Shown here: piece by piece, positions 1-13,867 of the stretch
Position numbering within the stretch: the first letter of the stretch is position 1
How the letters are laid out: every line of letters begins with the position of its first letter
Assembly: GCF_009914755.1 (NCBI RefSeq)
Contig: NC_060936.1
Length of the DNA stretch: 64,000 nt
Source: the human T2T-CHM13v2.0 reference genome, Homo sapiens
Direction: 5' to 3' (one strand)
Translations under genes and position numbers: made by a program
Notes under the pieces: model-generated
Database searches by the model: none
Seen by the model: only the letters and a program-made list of their open reading frames with translations
Told to the model about the DNA's origin: nothing

Positions 1-399
1 CCGAGGGCGAAAAGATCAACTGGAAGAATGGCAGTGTCCAGGGGTTTCTAGCCAGAAACTGGTTCTCTTTCCAGCATCCAAATCATGCATTTTTAATTCA
101 TTGCATGGCAAAAAGACAAGTCAGACACTAATTGGTGCCATAAAAGCAAATTCGCACCATACCAGAAACTGTTCAGCCGGGAGACTTTGCATCTCTCTCC
201 ACACGGAGCATTTTGTATTCTGTTTAAAGTTTACAACTGAAACCTGAGGACATAGAGGTGGTTAAAGAATCCATTTAAATTGCAGGGGCCATTCATAATG
301 CAAGTTTCACTAGAAGCACATTTGGAGGTAAACATGTAGGTGACCTTTTTCCAAAGTCAGAATATAGTAAGTAACTGGAGTATATGGAGGGTTTCAATT

Positions 400-572
400 C
401 ATATATACATACATATATACACATATACACACACACTATATATACACACACATACACACAATATACACACACACATATACAGTGTATTATACACACACAC
501 ACATACACAGTGGGTGTGTATATATATATACACACACACAAATATACACATATAGTTTTTTGATATATGTGT
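400..572. repeat. Compound (TA)n/(CA)n/(CATA)n low-complexity microsatellite
   Basis: Directly visible alternating purine-pyrimidine runs (atatatacatacatatatacacatatacacacac...). Explains ORFs 293..541 and 340..555. Confidence 0.95.
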
Positions 573-645
573 ACAATCTTTCAGACATTAATGATGTAAA
601 ATATTTATTACCGTGTCAATAGTGTGTTGATTCTGATAGTGGGCA

Positions 646-820
646 TTTTTTTTATCATTATACTTTAAGTTCTAGGGTACATGTGCACAACGTGCAGGTT
701 TGTTACATATGTATACATGTGCCATGTTGGTGAGCTGCACCTATTAACTCGTCATTTACATTAGGTATATCTCCTAATACTATCCCTTCCCCCTCCCCCC
801 ACCCCCCAACAGGCCCTGGA
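646..820 (-). mobile_element. L1PA (about L1PA4-5) 3' end, 5'-truncated, ~170 bp
   Basis: ttatactttaagttctagggtacatgtgcacaacgtgcaggtttgttacatatg... is the reverse complement of the L1PA 3'UTR end. 15-bp TSD ATAGTGGGCATTTTT at 636-650 and 821-835. Confidence 0.93.
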
Positions 821-1777
821 ATAGTGGGCATTTTTAATGTATGTGACTTTAAGGAAACCAGAATAACTATTGATTGCTTTTAACACTATATGTTAACCTA
901 TACATTAATATCTTTGAGAATTATTAAGTGAAAGAAACTTAAGGCCCAGAGTGTTTCTTTCCACTAGGGGTTGTTAAGCTACAATAATACATAAAATTAC
1001 TGTTCTGTTTCCCTGCTCCTTGTCCTAGAAAAGGCAAAATGGATGTAATAGAGGGTCCCCAATGCCCCTAGTATGAAGGTAGGTGATTACACACTTTGCA
1101 TACTTTGGTTTCAAGATTTTTTTCCTGTGGCTGCTTTCTCAAACATACATCCTGACACACTTTGCTTTTTTGCATTTTTAGCTCAAAAAAGCTCTTTCAG
1201 GCATAATTAAATCATTTAATGTTCCTGAGTGTTATTTCCCTTTTTAAGAAATGCAATTTCATATCATTTCTTTAATTTGAACTCCTATTAGTGTTTCTGC
1301 CTTAAAATGTACCTGTCTTTATGAAGTTCCTGCAGGTATATTTCCAGCGCTTGGGATTTTAAGAAGTTAACTCACTACTGACCCCAGTGAAGACAGAAAA
1401 GGGCCAGACCATTAGATCTCACTAGTGTACTTTCTTTAGTGTGTTCTGAGATTTGAACATCACTGTGGGGACTCCCCATTACCTCTCAGGCCAGTTCCCC
1501 ATCCCTGCATCCTGGGGAGAGAACAAAATGATAATCAAGCCTTTTCTTAGATTGCCATTTGCAAGGTCCAAGTAGAAAAATGGAATTCCTCTGCTTCTAT
1601 GGCCTGAAATTTTTTCAAATCTTATGGCAAGGCTGGGGGAAAAGTTTTAAAATATTGGTTATAGAGACAGAAAGAGTGGTTGGGGGCCAGGAGGTACCAT
1701 GCACAGAATCTGGAGAAGAATTTGGTGATAACTGCTCAATTTGGCATCTTTACCAAAAATAAAGCACAAGTAGCTGT

Positions 1778-2534
1778 TGTATGAGTCTCCTTGGACTTGA
1801 TGTGGCTTGGTTCTGTGTCCCCACCCAAATCTCATCTTGAATCGTAAACCACATGATCCCCACGAGTCAAGGAAGAGACTTGGTGGGAGGTGATTGGATC
1901 AGGGGGCAAGGTTCCCCCAAGCTGTTCTCATGATAGTGAGTGAGTTCTCACAAGATCTGATGGTTTTATAAGGCAGTTTTCCCTGCTCTCTCTTGCAAAC
2001 TCTCTCTCACCTGACACCACGTGCCTGCTTTCCCTTCTGCCATGATTGTAAGTTACCTGAGGCCTCCCCAGCTATATGGAACTCTGAGTCAATTCAACCT
2101 CTTTTCTTTGTAAATTACCTAGTCTCCGGCAGTCCTTTATAGCAGTGTGAGAATGAACTAATACAGGCTGCTGTAACAAAATACCACAGATGGGTGACTT
2201 AAACAACAGAAATTTATTTTCTCAGAGTCCTGGATGCTGAAAGTCCAAGATCAAGGTGTTGGCAGGTTTGGTTTCTCCTGAGGCCTCTTTCTTTGGTTTG
2301 CAGATGACTGTCTTCTGTGTCTTCACAGGCTTTTTCTCTGCATACATATATCCCTGATGTCTCTTTCTCTTCTTATAAGGACACGAGTCCTTATAAGAAC
2401 GATGGCCCACTCATATGACCTCATTTAGCCTTAATTACCTCTTTACGCTCTATCTCCAAACACTGATATTCTAAGGTACTATGGGTTAAGACTTCAGCAA
2501 GTGAATTTTTAAGGGACACAATTCAGTCCTTAGC
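1778..2534 (-). mobile_element. MLT1B-like MaLR LTR, interrupted by a THE1 LTR
   Basis: Starts tgtatgagtctccttgg, resumes ggctgctgtaacaaaataccacaga...aacaacagaaatttatt, ends gggacacaattcagtccttagca. Confidence 0.85.
1798..2165 (+). mobile_element. THE1D-like MaLR solo LTR
   Basis: tgatgtggcttggttctgtgtccccacccaaatctcatcttgaat ... gccatgattgtaag ... gaactaataca termini. Confidence 0.9.
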
Positions 2535-2854
2535 AGCTGCAAATGTTTTTAAATATGGAAGGAACACTCGGTGAGGAGAAAATCAATACATATACCCAAG
2601 ATGCAGAGCATCCCACTGGGAAACATGAATAAAGGAAGGCTTGTCTTTGGACTTCAAGTGTTTTTTCTGTGCCCAAATGAGCTACATAAAAATCTATGGG
2701 ATTCACAGTCCAAGACAATATATTCAAGAAAGAGAAACATTCAAGAAATGGATAATCAAAGCTAAGTAACTGTTCACAGGATGTTCCTGATTAATCTACC
2801 CTCAAATTCTTTCTAAGCCCAGAATTAAGCCTTCAGATAAATCTCTCAGCATCT

Positions 2855-2945
2855 CTAGACTGTGAGCTCCTCCAAGGCAAGGCTTCAGTGTCATACATAC
2901 CTTCGCATCCCTCGTGCCCAGCAAAGAACTCAACACATTCTGGGG
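2855..2945 (+). mobile_element. L2 3'-end fragment
   Basis: tagactgtgagctcctccaaggcaagg...gtgcccagca resembles the L2 3' tail. Confidence 0.55.
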
Positions 2946-3587
2946 GAATATGAGTGCTTCCTGAACAACAGCAAAACCTTTGTTAGCAGAGCAAATGAGG
3001 AGACTGTGAAGAGCCTTGAGTCCTGCTGATTTCATTATATTAGGTGGAACTATCTGGTGTTTCTCTCAAATTAGAGCTTTGTCTGCCAGAGTGGTATTTG
3101 AAATAGCTTGCATGACAACTGTGAATAAAATGAAGAATTCACTTTAAAATTCAATTTATTCATTCCTAGTGTTTACTCAGAAAGTATTTGCAGAACATAT
3201 TAAGGCATTAAAAGTTTCAGAGGGATTAACAGCCCCTTGGAACATCAGGGGCTCCATGGAAATGATCTAAATATTTCTCCAAAACTCTCATCAAATTTCA
3301 GCACTCTACTTCTTTTAAATGGACATCCTTTATTAGAGAAATATATGACATGCTCTTATTCTTCTGCTTCTATATCTCATTAAAATTGTGCCAGATGGAA
3401 ATTTCCACTAAATTTCCAATTTTGTCCTTTATTCATTTTTATTAAATACCAGCCATTCAACCAACTCACCCTCAGACAAATAATTGTTTTTTAGTAACAA
3501 GCTCTGATTTCACAGCACAGCGATGAAAGGAATCCTAGAGATTTTCAGTCTACCATATTAACTTTTTACTTGAAGACTGAACTGATG

Positions 3588-3876
3588 GGCTGGGCGCGGT
3601 GGCTCACGTCTGTAATCCTAGCACTTTGGGAGGCCAAGGCAGGCAGATCTCCTGAGGTCAGGAGTTTGAGACCAGCCTGGCCAACATGGTGAAACCCCGT
3701 GTCTATTAAAGTTATAAAACTTAGCCAGGCATGGTGGTGCGTGCTTGTAGTACCAGCTACTCAGAAGGCTGAGGCAGGATAATCTCTTGAACTTGGGAGA
3801 CGGAAGCTGTGGTGAGCTGAGATCGCACCATGGCGCTCCAGCCTGGGTGACAGAGTGAGACTCCATCTCAAAAAAA
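3588..3876 (+). mobile_element. AluS (AluSx-like)
   Basis: Full dimer ggctgggcgcggtggctcacg...gactccatctcaaaaaa. Approximate TSD aagactgaactgatg / aacactgagctgatg. Confidence 0.96.
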
Positions 3877-4609
3877 CACTGAGCTGATGAGCATGATAAG
3901 CACAGGAAAAGAATCAGCTCTACCCTCAGACTCCAAGTATTTTCTTAAAGGGATCCCTGATGTAAACCTTGGCTCTACTGTCCAAGGTTCCTTTTACATT
4001 TTTCTAAAATCTCAAACTGATTTCCCACATGTTCTCATTTATCTTTATAATAAATCTCAGAAAAATCAATTGCGGTGCCTCTGTTTTGCCAATGGAAACA
4101 CTCACACAAGCAGATGTAAAGCATTTTCTTACCAGCTGTGTGGTGCACAGAGGTAGACTCATACTCCAGGTCTTTATTGACTGCAGCACTTTAACAGCTT
4201 GGAATGGAATCTTCTTGCAGGCGTCTGTAATCGGCAGAGATCCTGGCATTTTATGAGCACACAGTACAACACAACTTGATGTGGCAATAGACTTCAAATC
4301 AGCCAAGTTTCAGTGTAAAATTCTCTGCAATGGTTCAGGACCACTTGTTTTAAAAGCCCTCCTGTAAATATTGTTTTCATGACAGAAAATTACCAGGCAG
4401 AGTCACATTTAACAACTTGGAGATGATAGTGGAAGACGTTAATAATCCCTGTCCTATAAGGCACAGAATCATGGCAATTATTTGAAAGATAGAAGTGACT
4501 TTTTCTCTCCCTATAGACAAGTCATGCATGGCCCACCACAGGACTCTGTGTTAAATGCCTTTGTTAACATTATCTCTAAATCAGGTTTAAGTTGGAACCA
4601 TGTGAGCAT

Positions 4610-6240
4610 AAGTCATAGGGCTATAAGGAGTCTTAAGAAGCATCTTATCCAGCATTCCATCCAGTGCTTGAATCCCCTCCATAGTAGCCCCAACTGATGG
4701 TCATTCACCCTTTGCTTAAACAATTCCGATGCTACAAGGGGCCATTTCTCCTTTGGATAAACTGATGAGCGACTTCCATATGTTCCAAAGCCAAAACAGT
4801 GAACAGAAATGTCTTACTGTAACTTCGGCCTGTTTGTACTAGTTTTACTTCGTGGGGTCCCAGAGAACTGATCCAATCCTTCTTCCAAAAAATAGTTCCT
4901 AAAATAGTTTGTGATACCTATCCTGTCTCTTTGGATCCCAGCTGGATAATCCCAGTTTCTCCAGCCACACTTAATAGGACCTGGATTCATGTTATCATCT
5001 CTCCTGTGGTCATTCCACTGAACCTATCCATGTCAATATTTATTCACTTGACAGATATTTATTAAGTGCCGACTGTATGCCAAGAACTCCCCCAGTGTGT
5101 CCATTTCTTCTTGTGTGAAGCCAAAAACTAAATATGCTACAGATGTGGCCTACACTTCTGCTAACAGGCTACGAAACTTTGGTCAAGTCGTTTAGCATCT
5201 TCCTGGACGAGTGTCTTCTGGAATATCATTTCTTATTAATCTGGGCACCATAGTTCTATTAATATAACTGAAGACTTTTTTTGTTTTTACTTTTAGTGGT
5301 TGTTTTTAGCTAGGAATAATTATGGTCACCATGGTAACAATCCTCAAATCTCCATGACTTAATGCATTAATGATTTCTTTTTTGCTCATTTATCAGTTGA
5401 CTGAGGTCACGGGTCAAGAGGGAAAGGCTGGAGAGGGACTCTGCTCCACAGAGTCTTTCATGAACCCAGATGTTGGCACCTCCTAGAGACTCAGTGTTCC
5501 CTACTGGTTCCAGCCCTAAGTCGAGGGAAAAGTAAGAGTATGAAGAAGGCTTAGAGCTCTTAACTACCTTGACCCAGAGGTAACCCATATCACTTCTTTT
5601 CATAATCCACTAGCAAAACAGTCACACGGGAGGTTGGGAAATAGAGTCTGGTTCCCAAAAAGACGACAGATACGTGGATTATGTTGGTTACAAGCTTGTC
5701 TGCCACAGCTTTTTTGGCAGTGATCTCTCCCCATGGCTGTATATTGAAATGACAGTCCAGTTAAACTCTAAATCTCTTACAAAAACCTGCATGAATTGCA
5801 TGGTGATTAATCTGTGAAGTTGGTTTGACTCAAGAGTAGAACTGTGTCCTTACATTTGTTAAATTTTTATCTGATCACATTCAGACCATTTATTTTTGTT
5901 TTCACTCCTTATTCTGTCATGGGACATATTTACTATCACTTCCATGTTCATATCATCTTATCTATACACTTCACAAATTTTTTGTTATATTCTCATCAAA
6001 GACATTAACGGAAAAGTTAAAGTACCTGAAGCAGAGGACAGAACTCTATGGCACACTATTAGAAACTCCCTTTTAAGGTGACAGAAGTGATTATCCTTTG
6101 CAGTCATTCATCCAATTATGAAACTGTTCATGTATATATGTGTACATATTTACATATTTATATGTATTTTTATCTATACATATATATAGTCATCCTGCTA
6201 AAATTCATATTTCTTCATCATTTCCTAGCTTGAAGTCATC
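4610..6240 (-). mobile_element. L3/CR1 LINE fossil, fragmented and interrupted by L2, MIR and MLT1 pieces
   Basis: Motifs such as ctgtaacttc..ctagttt..cagagaac..aatccttcttcc and gaggacagaactctatggcacactattagaaactccc match recalled L3 consensus. Highly diverged. Confidence 0.6.
5320..5707 (-). mobile_element. Old MLT1 (J/K-type) MaLR LTR
   Basis: gtaacaatcctcaaatctccatgactta ... catatcacttc..cataatccactagcaaaacagtcaca ... gggaaatagagtct ... tctgccaca. Confidence 0.65.
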
Positions 6241-6254
6241 ATTATTTACTGGTT

Positions 6255-6460
6255 GAACAATTTTTATTAACCTTTACTGTGGTCCAGGTACTTTTCTAGA
6301 ATTTTAATTTATTTCTCTTTAATCACAACTACCTGTACCTTTGTCTTATACATAAAGAAAGGAAAATGATGGAAGTTAAAGATATCTACTCAAGCTATAT
6401 AGTGTGAGTCAGAATTTCAACCTGGTGTCTGCCTCCAAAGCCTGATTTGCATGGACTTTG
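6255..6460 (-). mobile_element. MIR
   Basis: Degenerate MIR core ending ...cagaatttcaacctggtgtctgcctccaaagcc. Confidence 0.6.
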
Positions 6461-6589
6461 CTGCTTTTCATGCCAGTGGGTCATCTCTGTAATCTTCCCT
6501 CTCTGTGATCTAAGGGGACATGTTCATGGAGGAGAGGAAACCTCAACAGTACATATCTAGCTCATTCTCCAGGGACCATTATATCATTA

Positions 6590-7911
<1,322 letters not shown>

Positions 7912-8842
7912 TGATTTCCAGGAAACTGTCCTGATTGCATTAAAACTAAAATATCTACTTCATTATTAATTTGGTCTTAACAAAAATTCATTGCGGATAG
8001 GCTGGAGTGGAAGCTAACATTACACCCAACCAGTAGAAGCATATCCATTTGCATGTATGAAATCTACCCAATTGCTGTGCAGTGCATGATGAAACATAAA
8101 TTCCAATGCTGAATGTTTTCCAATCATGAACTATTAATAATTTAACAAAATTAATTCAGAACACTTCACTCAACAGTGAAACAGAGATGAGGAGGAAATG
8201 ATGCGTGCACCAGGCTTCCAGGGTTGAATTAAATATGGCAAACAAGAAAGGGAAAATCTACCGATCCTTGTTTACAGTGCAAGTCCCCACTTAGAGTTTA
8301 ATACAAATTTTATGTCTTTCTAAAGATATTAAAGAACAAACATCAGAGACATAAATAAAAATCTTTGCTTTACACAGGTGAATGATTTAACATGGTAATA
8401 GTCATTCATCGGGTCTCAGAGAAGGAAAGATAAATTGAAGGGATTTTTTTCTTTAGCATGAAGCAGTAATCAAGTCAAAGAAAAGCTTTCCATAATTATT
8501 ATTATCAGGAGTAATCATTAGGCATATAAAGTGAGGCAGACAATCCACCAAGCATAGAATTAGCCCCTTCCCAGAGGATCCTACAATTTTCACAACCACA
8601 GCATGGGGAAGCAGGACAGATTCAAAAAACAGGTGAGCCAGCACTGGAGCAGTCTCTCAGTAGAAATCTTACTTTGAGTAAAGAAGCCCACAGTGTTCTG
8701 TACCCGAGACAAGAGTGAGAGAGAGAATGATGCTAGGCAAGCGGCCATGATCATTATCTAGAAGGAAGAAAATGAAGGGGAAACTAGAAGTGCAGCCATC
8801 AAAGCGTAACTCTCATATCAGTGGGAGATACGGGCATGCATT

Positions 8843-9030
8843 CTAGTGGTTCCCCAACATCAGAACGTTGCAATCACCTGAGAGCTTATTAAAATGCACA
8901 GGACTGGGACCCACACCTGGAATCTCTGATTCAGCAGGTCAGGGGTGGGCCCAGGAATCTGCATTTCTAGCATGTTCCCAGGTGATACTGCTGTTGCCCC
9001 TGCCACCCCTGCATTTTAGAGGACCTTTCT
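8843..9030. mobile_element. MER5A-like hAT-Charlie MITE
   Basis: gtggttcccc...aatcacctgagagcttattaaaatgca...tctgattcagcaggtc.ggggtgggcccaggaatctgcatttctagcatgttcccaggtgat. Confidence 0.85.
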
Positions 9031-9054
9031 CTAAAAATCACATGCAAAACTTCT

Positions 9055-9562
9055 GATAATAATGTTTACTGTGTGCCTGCCACTGTGCTAAGGGTTTTAC
9101 ATAAGTCATCTATCTAATTTCATCTTTATAGCAACACTGTGGAGGAGGAGAAATAAATATCCTTATCTTACAATGAGGAAACTAAGGCTGAGGCATTAGG
9201 TGGCTGGCCAGCCCAATAGTGGAAAGTTCTAATTCCTTTTTTTTTTTGAGACAGGGTCTCTCTCACTGGAGTCCAATAGAATGATCATGGCTCACTCTAG
9301 CCTCAATCTCTCCGGCTCAAGTAATTCTCCCACCTCAGCCTCTGGAGTAGCTGGGACTGCAGGCACATGCCACCACGCCCAGTTAATTTTCTTGGATTTT
9401 TCATAGACAAGGTTTCGCCATATTGCCCAGGCTGGTCTCAGACTCCTGTACTCAAGCAATCTGCCTGCCTAGACTCCTAGAGTGCTGGGGTTACAGGCTT
9501 GAGCCAACCTTGCCCAACCAGTTCTAATTCTAAAACCCAGTGATCTTAACTGCTGCGCTGTA
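9055..9562 (-). mobile_element. MIR split by AluJ
   Basis: gtgcctgccactgtgctaagggttttaca...tgaggaaactaaggctgagg; resumes after the Alu (ctaaaacccagtgatcttaactgctg). Confidence 0.75.
9237..9519 (-). mobile_element. AluJ (AluJo/Jr-like)
   Basis: Poly-T, then gagacagggtctc...ctcaagcaatctgcctgcc...gagccaaccttgcccaacc. TSD AGTTCTAATTC at 9225-9235 and 9520-9530. Confidence 0.93.
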
Positions 9563-10142
9563 GTCTTCTCAGCATAGGACTCAGTTCTGAGAACCTACCT
9601 TCAAACTATGGTACTATCAACTCCAAAGAAGTCATCACTAACTACCCCCCCCAAAAAAAGAAGTTAAAAATTACTAAATTGGCTTCCAAAGTCTATAGCA
9701 GTGGTAAGCCCATAAACACATCTTAAGGTGGCTGTGGTTGAATATGCTGGAATATCACACTGTAAAGGGGGAGTTAAAGATGCTGCAGACATCCACACCT
9801 AACAGTAAGTGAGAAAGAGATGGAATAAGAGAATGGAAAACTCCAGTGGGGTCCCATGAGGGACTGAGAGCTGACCAGAGCAGTATGGACTCCAACATAA
9901 ATGATTAATACTAAAGACAACCAGGAGACATCAAGGAATCTAAAGATAAGATGGGGACAATCAAAATAGAAATTAGCATTGGTTATAAAATTTCAGGACA
10001 GGAAGAACACTGCTATGGTAAAGCAACGACCCAAGCAAGAGCCAGGGACAAGCAATAGGGAGGTGGAGGAGGTGCTGATATCTCTTAGAAATTAATTCTT
10101 CTCCCAATACCCTGTATTGCCCTCCAAAGCAGCCCACAGCCT

Positions 10143-10352
10143 ACAGAGCAGGGAGTGGTTAAGAGAACAGCTTTGGAGTTTGAGAGACTCTGCCTGGTTG
10201 ACATTGCTTACAAAACCCCTCTATACCTCAATTCCTCATCTGTTCAATGGAACTAATAATTCCTACCTCAAAGGGTTGTAAGAATTAAATGAGATAATGT
10301 ATATAAAGCACTTGGTACCTGGAGCATCCTACTAGCTCAGAATATGTTGGCT
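10143..10352 (+). mobile_element. MIR
   Basis: gtggttaagagaacagctttggagt...cctcaattcctcatctgttcaatgg..taataattcctacctc..gggttgt..aattaaatgagataatgtatataaagcactt. Confidence 0.85.
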
Positions 10353-10554
10353 TTTTTATTATTGCTATTGTTGCTTTGTTATTATCATTGTTAATATTAT
10401 CATTCTCAAGGGAAGAACAATTATTTCAAAGGAAAAATATAATGGCCTAGATAATCATCAGTGAAAGTCCATGTGAACTCTCCCTGTTAATCAATAGCTT
10501 GGCAGTTTGGGTCATGCAGTTTCTTATGAAACAGGTGCTCCTATTCGATTTAGC

Positions 10555-10588
<34 letters not shown>

Positions 10589-10609
10589 GTTAAATGAAAT
10601 AAAAAAAAA
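10555..10609 (+). repeat. Poly(A) / A-rich tract
   Basis: About 25 consecutive A followed by A-rich sequence; no upstream retroelement body recognised. Confidence 0.9.
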
Positions 10610-13542
10610 GCAGCATTTGGTGCCCTACTTTTCTCCAGTACAGTTTACATGTTCTTCTAATTAAATTTTTTAGTAAACTCAGTTCCACAGCCATGCTGGG
10701 CTCGCTCAGATGCACTATAGAATGATTCACAACATCGATATAAATTTCTCCGCTCCAAGTGCCAAATTCCTTGCTGTAGGTGCAATATCAGAATTCATTT
10801 ATTATTTCACCCTCGCTTAATTAATTCCACTGCCAGCTACCTGTTGATGATGGAGTTCTGTTGATAATGCTGAACAAAGTTTTAAGGCAAATAGTTGTAA
10901 TAACTTGTTTACTGCTGGGTGTTCTGCCACTTTTGATTAAACTTCATGAGGATTTATAACCATCTTCTCCCCCACATGCCTGTAACCTTTAAGGGATGTC
11001 TGATAAAAAGCAAAGGTCGTGAGCTCCAAAAGCCCTTGTTCTAATAAATATGTTAGACAGCTGACCCCGAACATGCAGCTATTTCTCATCCTTTCTCCAC
11101 TCCCCCATCCGATATACTTATTTTTTACAGCGATTCTCAACAAGGGTAAAATTAACACAAAGAGAATTAATGGTTTAATTTCACAAGAGAAAGGAGAGAG
11201 TTTAAGATGTCTCACTGGGGAAGGGGGATTCTGTCTTTGCTGATGACCCAAACATGTCTGCCAAGGAGAAATATGGTGTCCAGTCTCCCATTGAAGTGCC
11301 ACTGGAATGGATTGGCCGTGGCTGCTGGCTTGACAGGTGCAATACATATTAATTAGCGTGCTTGGCTACAGAGGGAGTAATGATATACACTGCTTCTCCG
11401 AAGCGTTAAATTGTAGTGTTAGTCTTGATGATGCCTCATCTTCTCCATCAAGGCAGGAAAACATTTTGAGTTACAGGTATCCCTGTATAGGCAAAGGAAT
11501 AAGGGCCTGTCTGTTGTCAGGAATTACAGGTGCAAAAAGTGAAGGCTAAGACAGATCGTGAGTTAGGCACTAAGCATTCCCTATGTGACTAGGTTTTTAA
11601 AAATCAGTATTTCAGGAAGCACAAACCAATTCTAAAATGTTTGCCATTGTTAACAGATAAAGTAGAAACATTTTCTTATTGTCAAGATATTTGATTACAT
11701 TGGAAATAGATTTGAAAAACTCCTTGTCTGTAACAACCCCCAGAAATATGTATTAAATATTAGAAAAATTGTGCTTGTTACCCAGTATTGATGGATAAGC
11801 ACCTATAACAGCTTGGGAATTAGATGGTTGTTTGGGGGAACTGAAGATAAATTGCTGTTAAAATTTAGCTCTGATCAGAAACAAAAATACACAAGGAAGC
11901 CACAATAAGCAAATTAACATTAGCACTGATTCTAGGCTTTTGACAAAACGCATTTTGAAATGGGTATGTTTAGATGTTTACACCTGAAGTTACAGCAAAA
12001 CAACAGCATTTCACCAAGAAAAGAGGCTCTAATTAAATACTGATATTTTCCATATCCTTAATTATAATGGCTTACAGTTCTGCCTAAGGGCTTCTCTAGA
12101 AGCTAATTTGCTGGAATATCACCACTTACACTTTTCATTTGTTGAAGATCTTGCTCCCTCGCGAATTGCCTTTTTTAGTTTGTTGTTACTGCATTTGGCA
12201 TTCTCTTTCTGGGAATGCTTCCTGCCCCCTGTAGAGAAAAGACTAGCAAGAAACTTGGCAAACAAAGTTTCATCCTGGGTGGAATTCTTTCCCCTCCTGC
12301 ATGGCTTAAATGTGTTGATATCTGTTTCTGTACTGCAGCTGCAAAGCAATGGTTTTTGGCAACGTGAATACAAACACATTTCTTATTCTCTCCTGAAGCC
12401 CTGGTTTCTAGCAACATATCCCCAAGCAAGTGTTTCTGAAGCTACAGCTAGCACAGGGAGGCAACACCCAATGGGCATGAAATATGAACTAATTATGAGT
12501 TTCGCTAAATCAGCAGGTATCTGGGAACTGGGCTTGACCATTTCTGCAAAGTGCTCCAGGCAATCTCGCAGGACACAGGCAGCTCTAGTCAGTGGGCCAT
12601 GCTGTTTCCCTATTCCCTCCTCCCCTGCAATATTTCCACCTGCTTTCCTAGAGAAGCACAGAGTCCGCCTCTCACCAGGCCCATAGAAAAAGTTTGTCTA
12701 CTCTCTGGAAGTGGGCTTTACAATTACAGTCCTCTCTATCGCCTGCCTACAAGATCCTTAAACACACAGACCACAGCAAGTAGGCAGCTGGCAGGGAGTA
12801 GTGACTAATATGTAAACAGTCACCTCTTCTCCCCAACATGGAGTCAGATCTCTAGAACTTCATCCTTGGTAGAGTGGACCAAGAAGTGAATGGTTGGCTA
12901 ATGGGATGCAGGTAAATGCTATTGTCTAGCCTCAAGTAAAAATGTGCTTCTCTATAATCACCTAGACTAGAAGCTCTGTCTAGTTGTTATGACACAATTC
13001 GTAGAGGCAGCTACCTTTCTGTCATTAAACTGTGGATAGTTAATGAGATCCTTAAAGAAGCCTAACATGTGGATGTTTTTACCCCATTATTAAACACTGC
13101 CTTACTGGTGTGCAGTTCCTACCTACTTTGAAAGATTTCAGAGTTCAATGCCTTCAACAATAATTAAGGTATATCCAGAGGCAAGCCAGGAGATAGGATT
13201 CAGGAACATATTGGTCCCATGAAAATTAAAAGTTCACCAACTAAATATTCAGAAAAGTATATCAAAAACTGAACAAGCTTTGACTCTTCTCTGTGAGCTC
13301 CAGAGAGTCTTTATAACTCTATTTTACATATGAAGTTCCATATCTGCCCTAGACCTTGGCTGTGACCTAATAATTGGAATTACAAAGCTTCCCCTAAGCA
13401 CGGTTAAGGGTCAAACAGAAAAACATTATTTGTATGCAATTATGCTTTTGCCCATAAAAACAGAAAAGACCCTATTGAAACCTCTAAAATATATATCTTG
13501 AAAGCATATCTAAATAAGGGAGATTTTAAATAAAAATGCTCA

Positions 13543-13765
13543 TGGAATTTGGAACCAGAAAGATCTGAGTTTCAATATGGATTTGCCAAGAAGATGTGTG
13601 CTCTTGGGTAAGTCACTTGAACTCTTGGGCCTCAGTTTCCTCAACTATAAATGGAGTATAGTAGTACTTCTCTAAAAGGGCTATTAGGAGGACAAAATAA
13701 GATTATGTTTATAATGTCGGCAGAGTGCTTAGTGCTACTAAATAGATATTATACATGGTAGTTAC
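13543..13765 (+). mobile_element. MIR
   Basis: ctgagtttcaat...cttgggtaagtcacttgaactcttgggcctcagtttcctcaactataaatgg. Confidence 0.85.
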
Positions 13766-13867
13766 ATGATAATATTAATTGCTATAATTATTGCCATTAA
13801 ATTCTAAAATTAACCATGAACCATAAAGCTCTATATCATCAGAATCATCTCCACAATCATCATAACA

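Noticed and set aside
4133-4361. Possible 229-nt minus-strand exon (tttacag acceptor, CTG|GTAAGA donor)
   Set aside because: Stops in all three frames and a poor polypyrimidine tract. A non-coding exon cannot be excluded but is unsupported without RNA data.
8084-8160. ATGATGA C-box with a downstream CTGA as a possible snoRNA
   Set aside because: No terminal D box at a suitable distance and no terminal stem.
10555-10609. Long poly(A) as the tail of a retrocopy
   Set aside because: No upstream element body and no TSD found.
12108-12686. Longest ORF in the track (192 aa, + strand)
   Set aside because: Starts at TTG, not ATG. No recognisable domain, Leu/Ser/Phe-rich composition typical of non-coding DNA, overlapping ORFs on the other strand and no clear splice boundaries.
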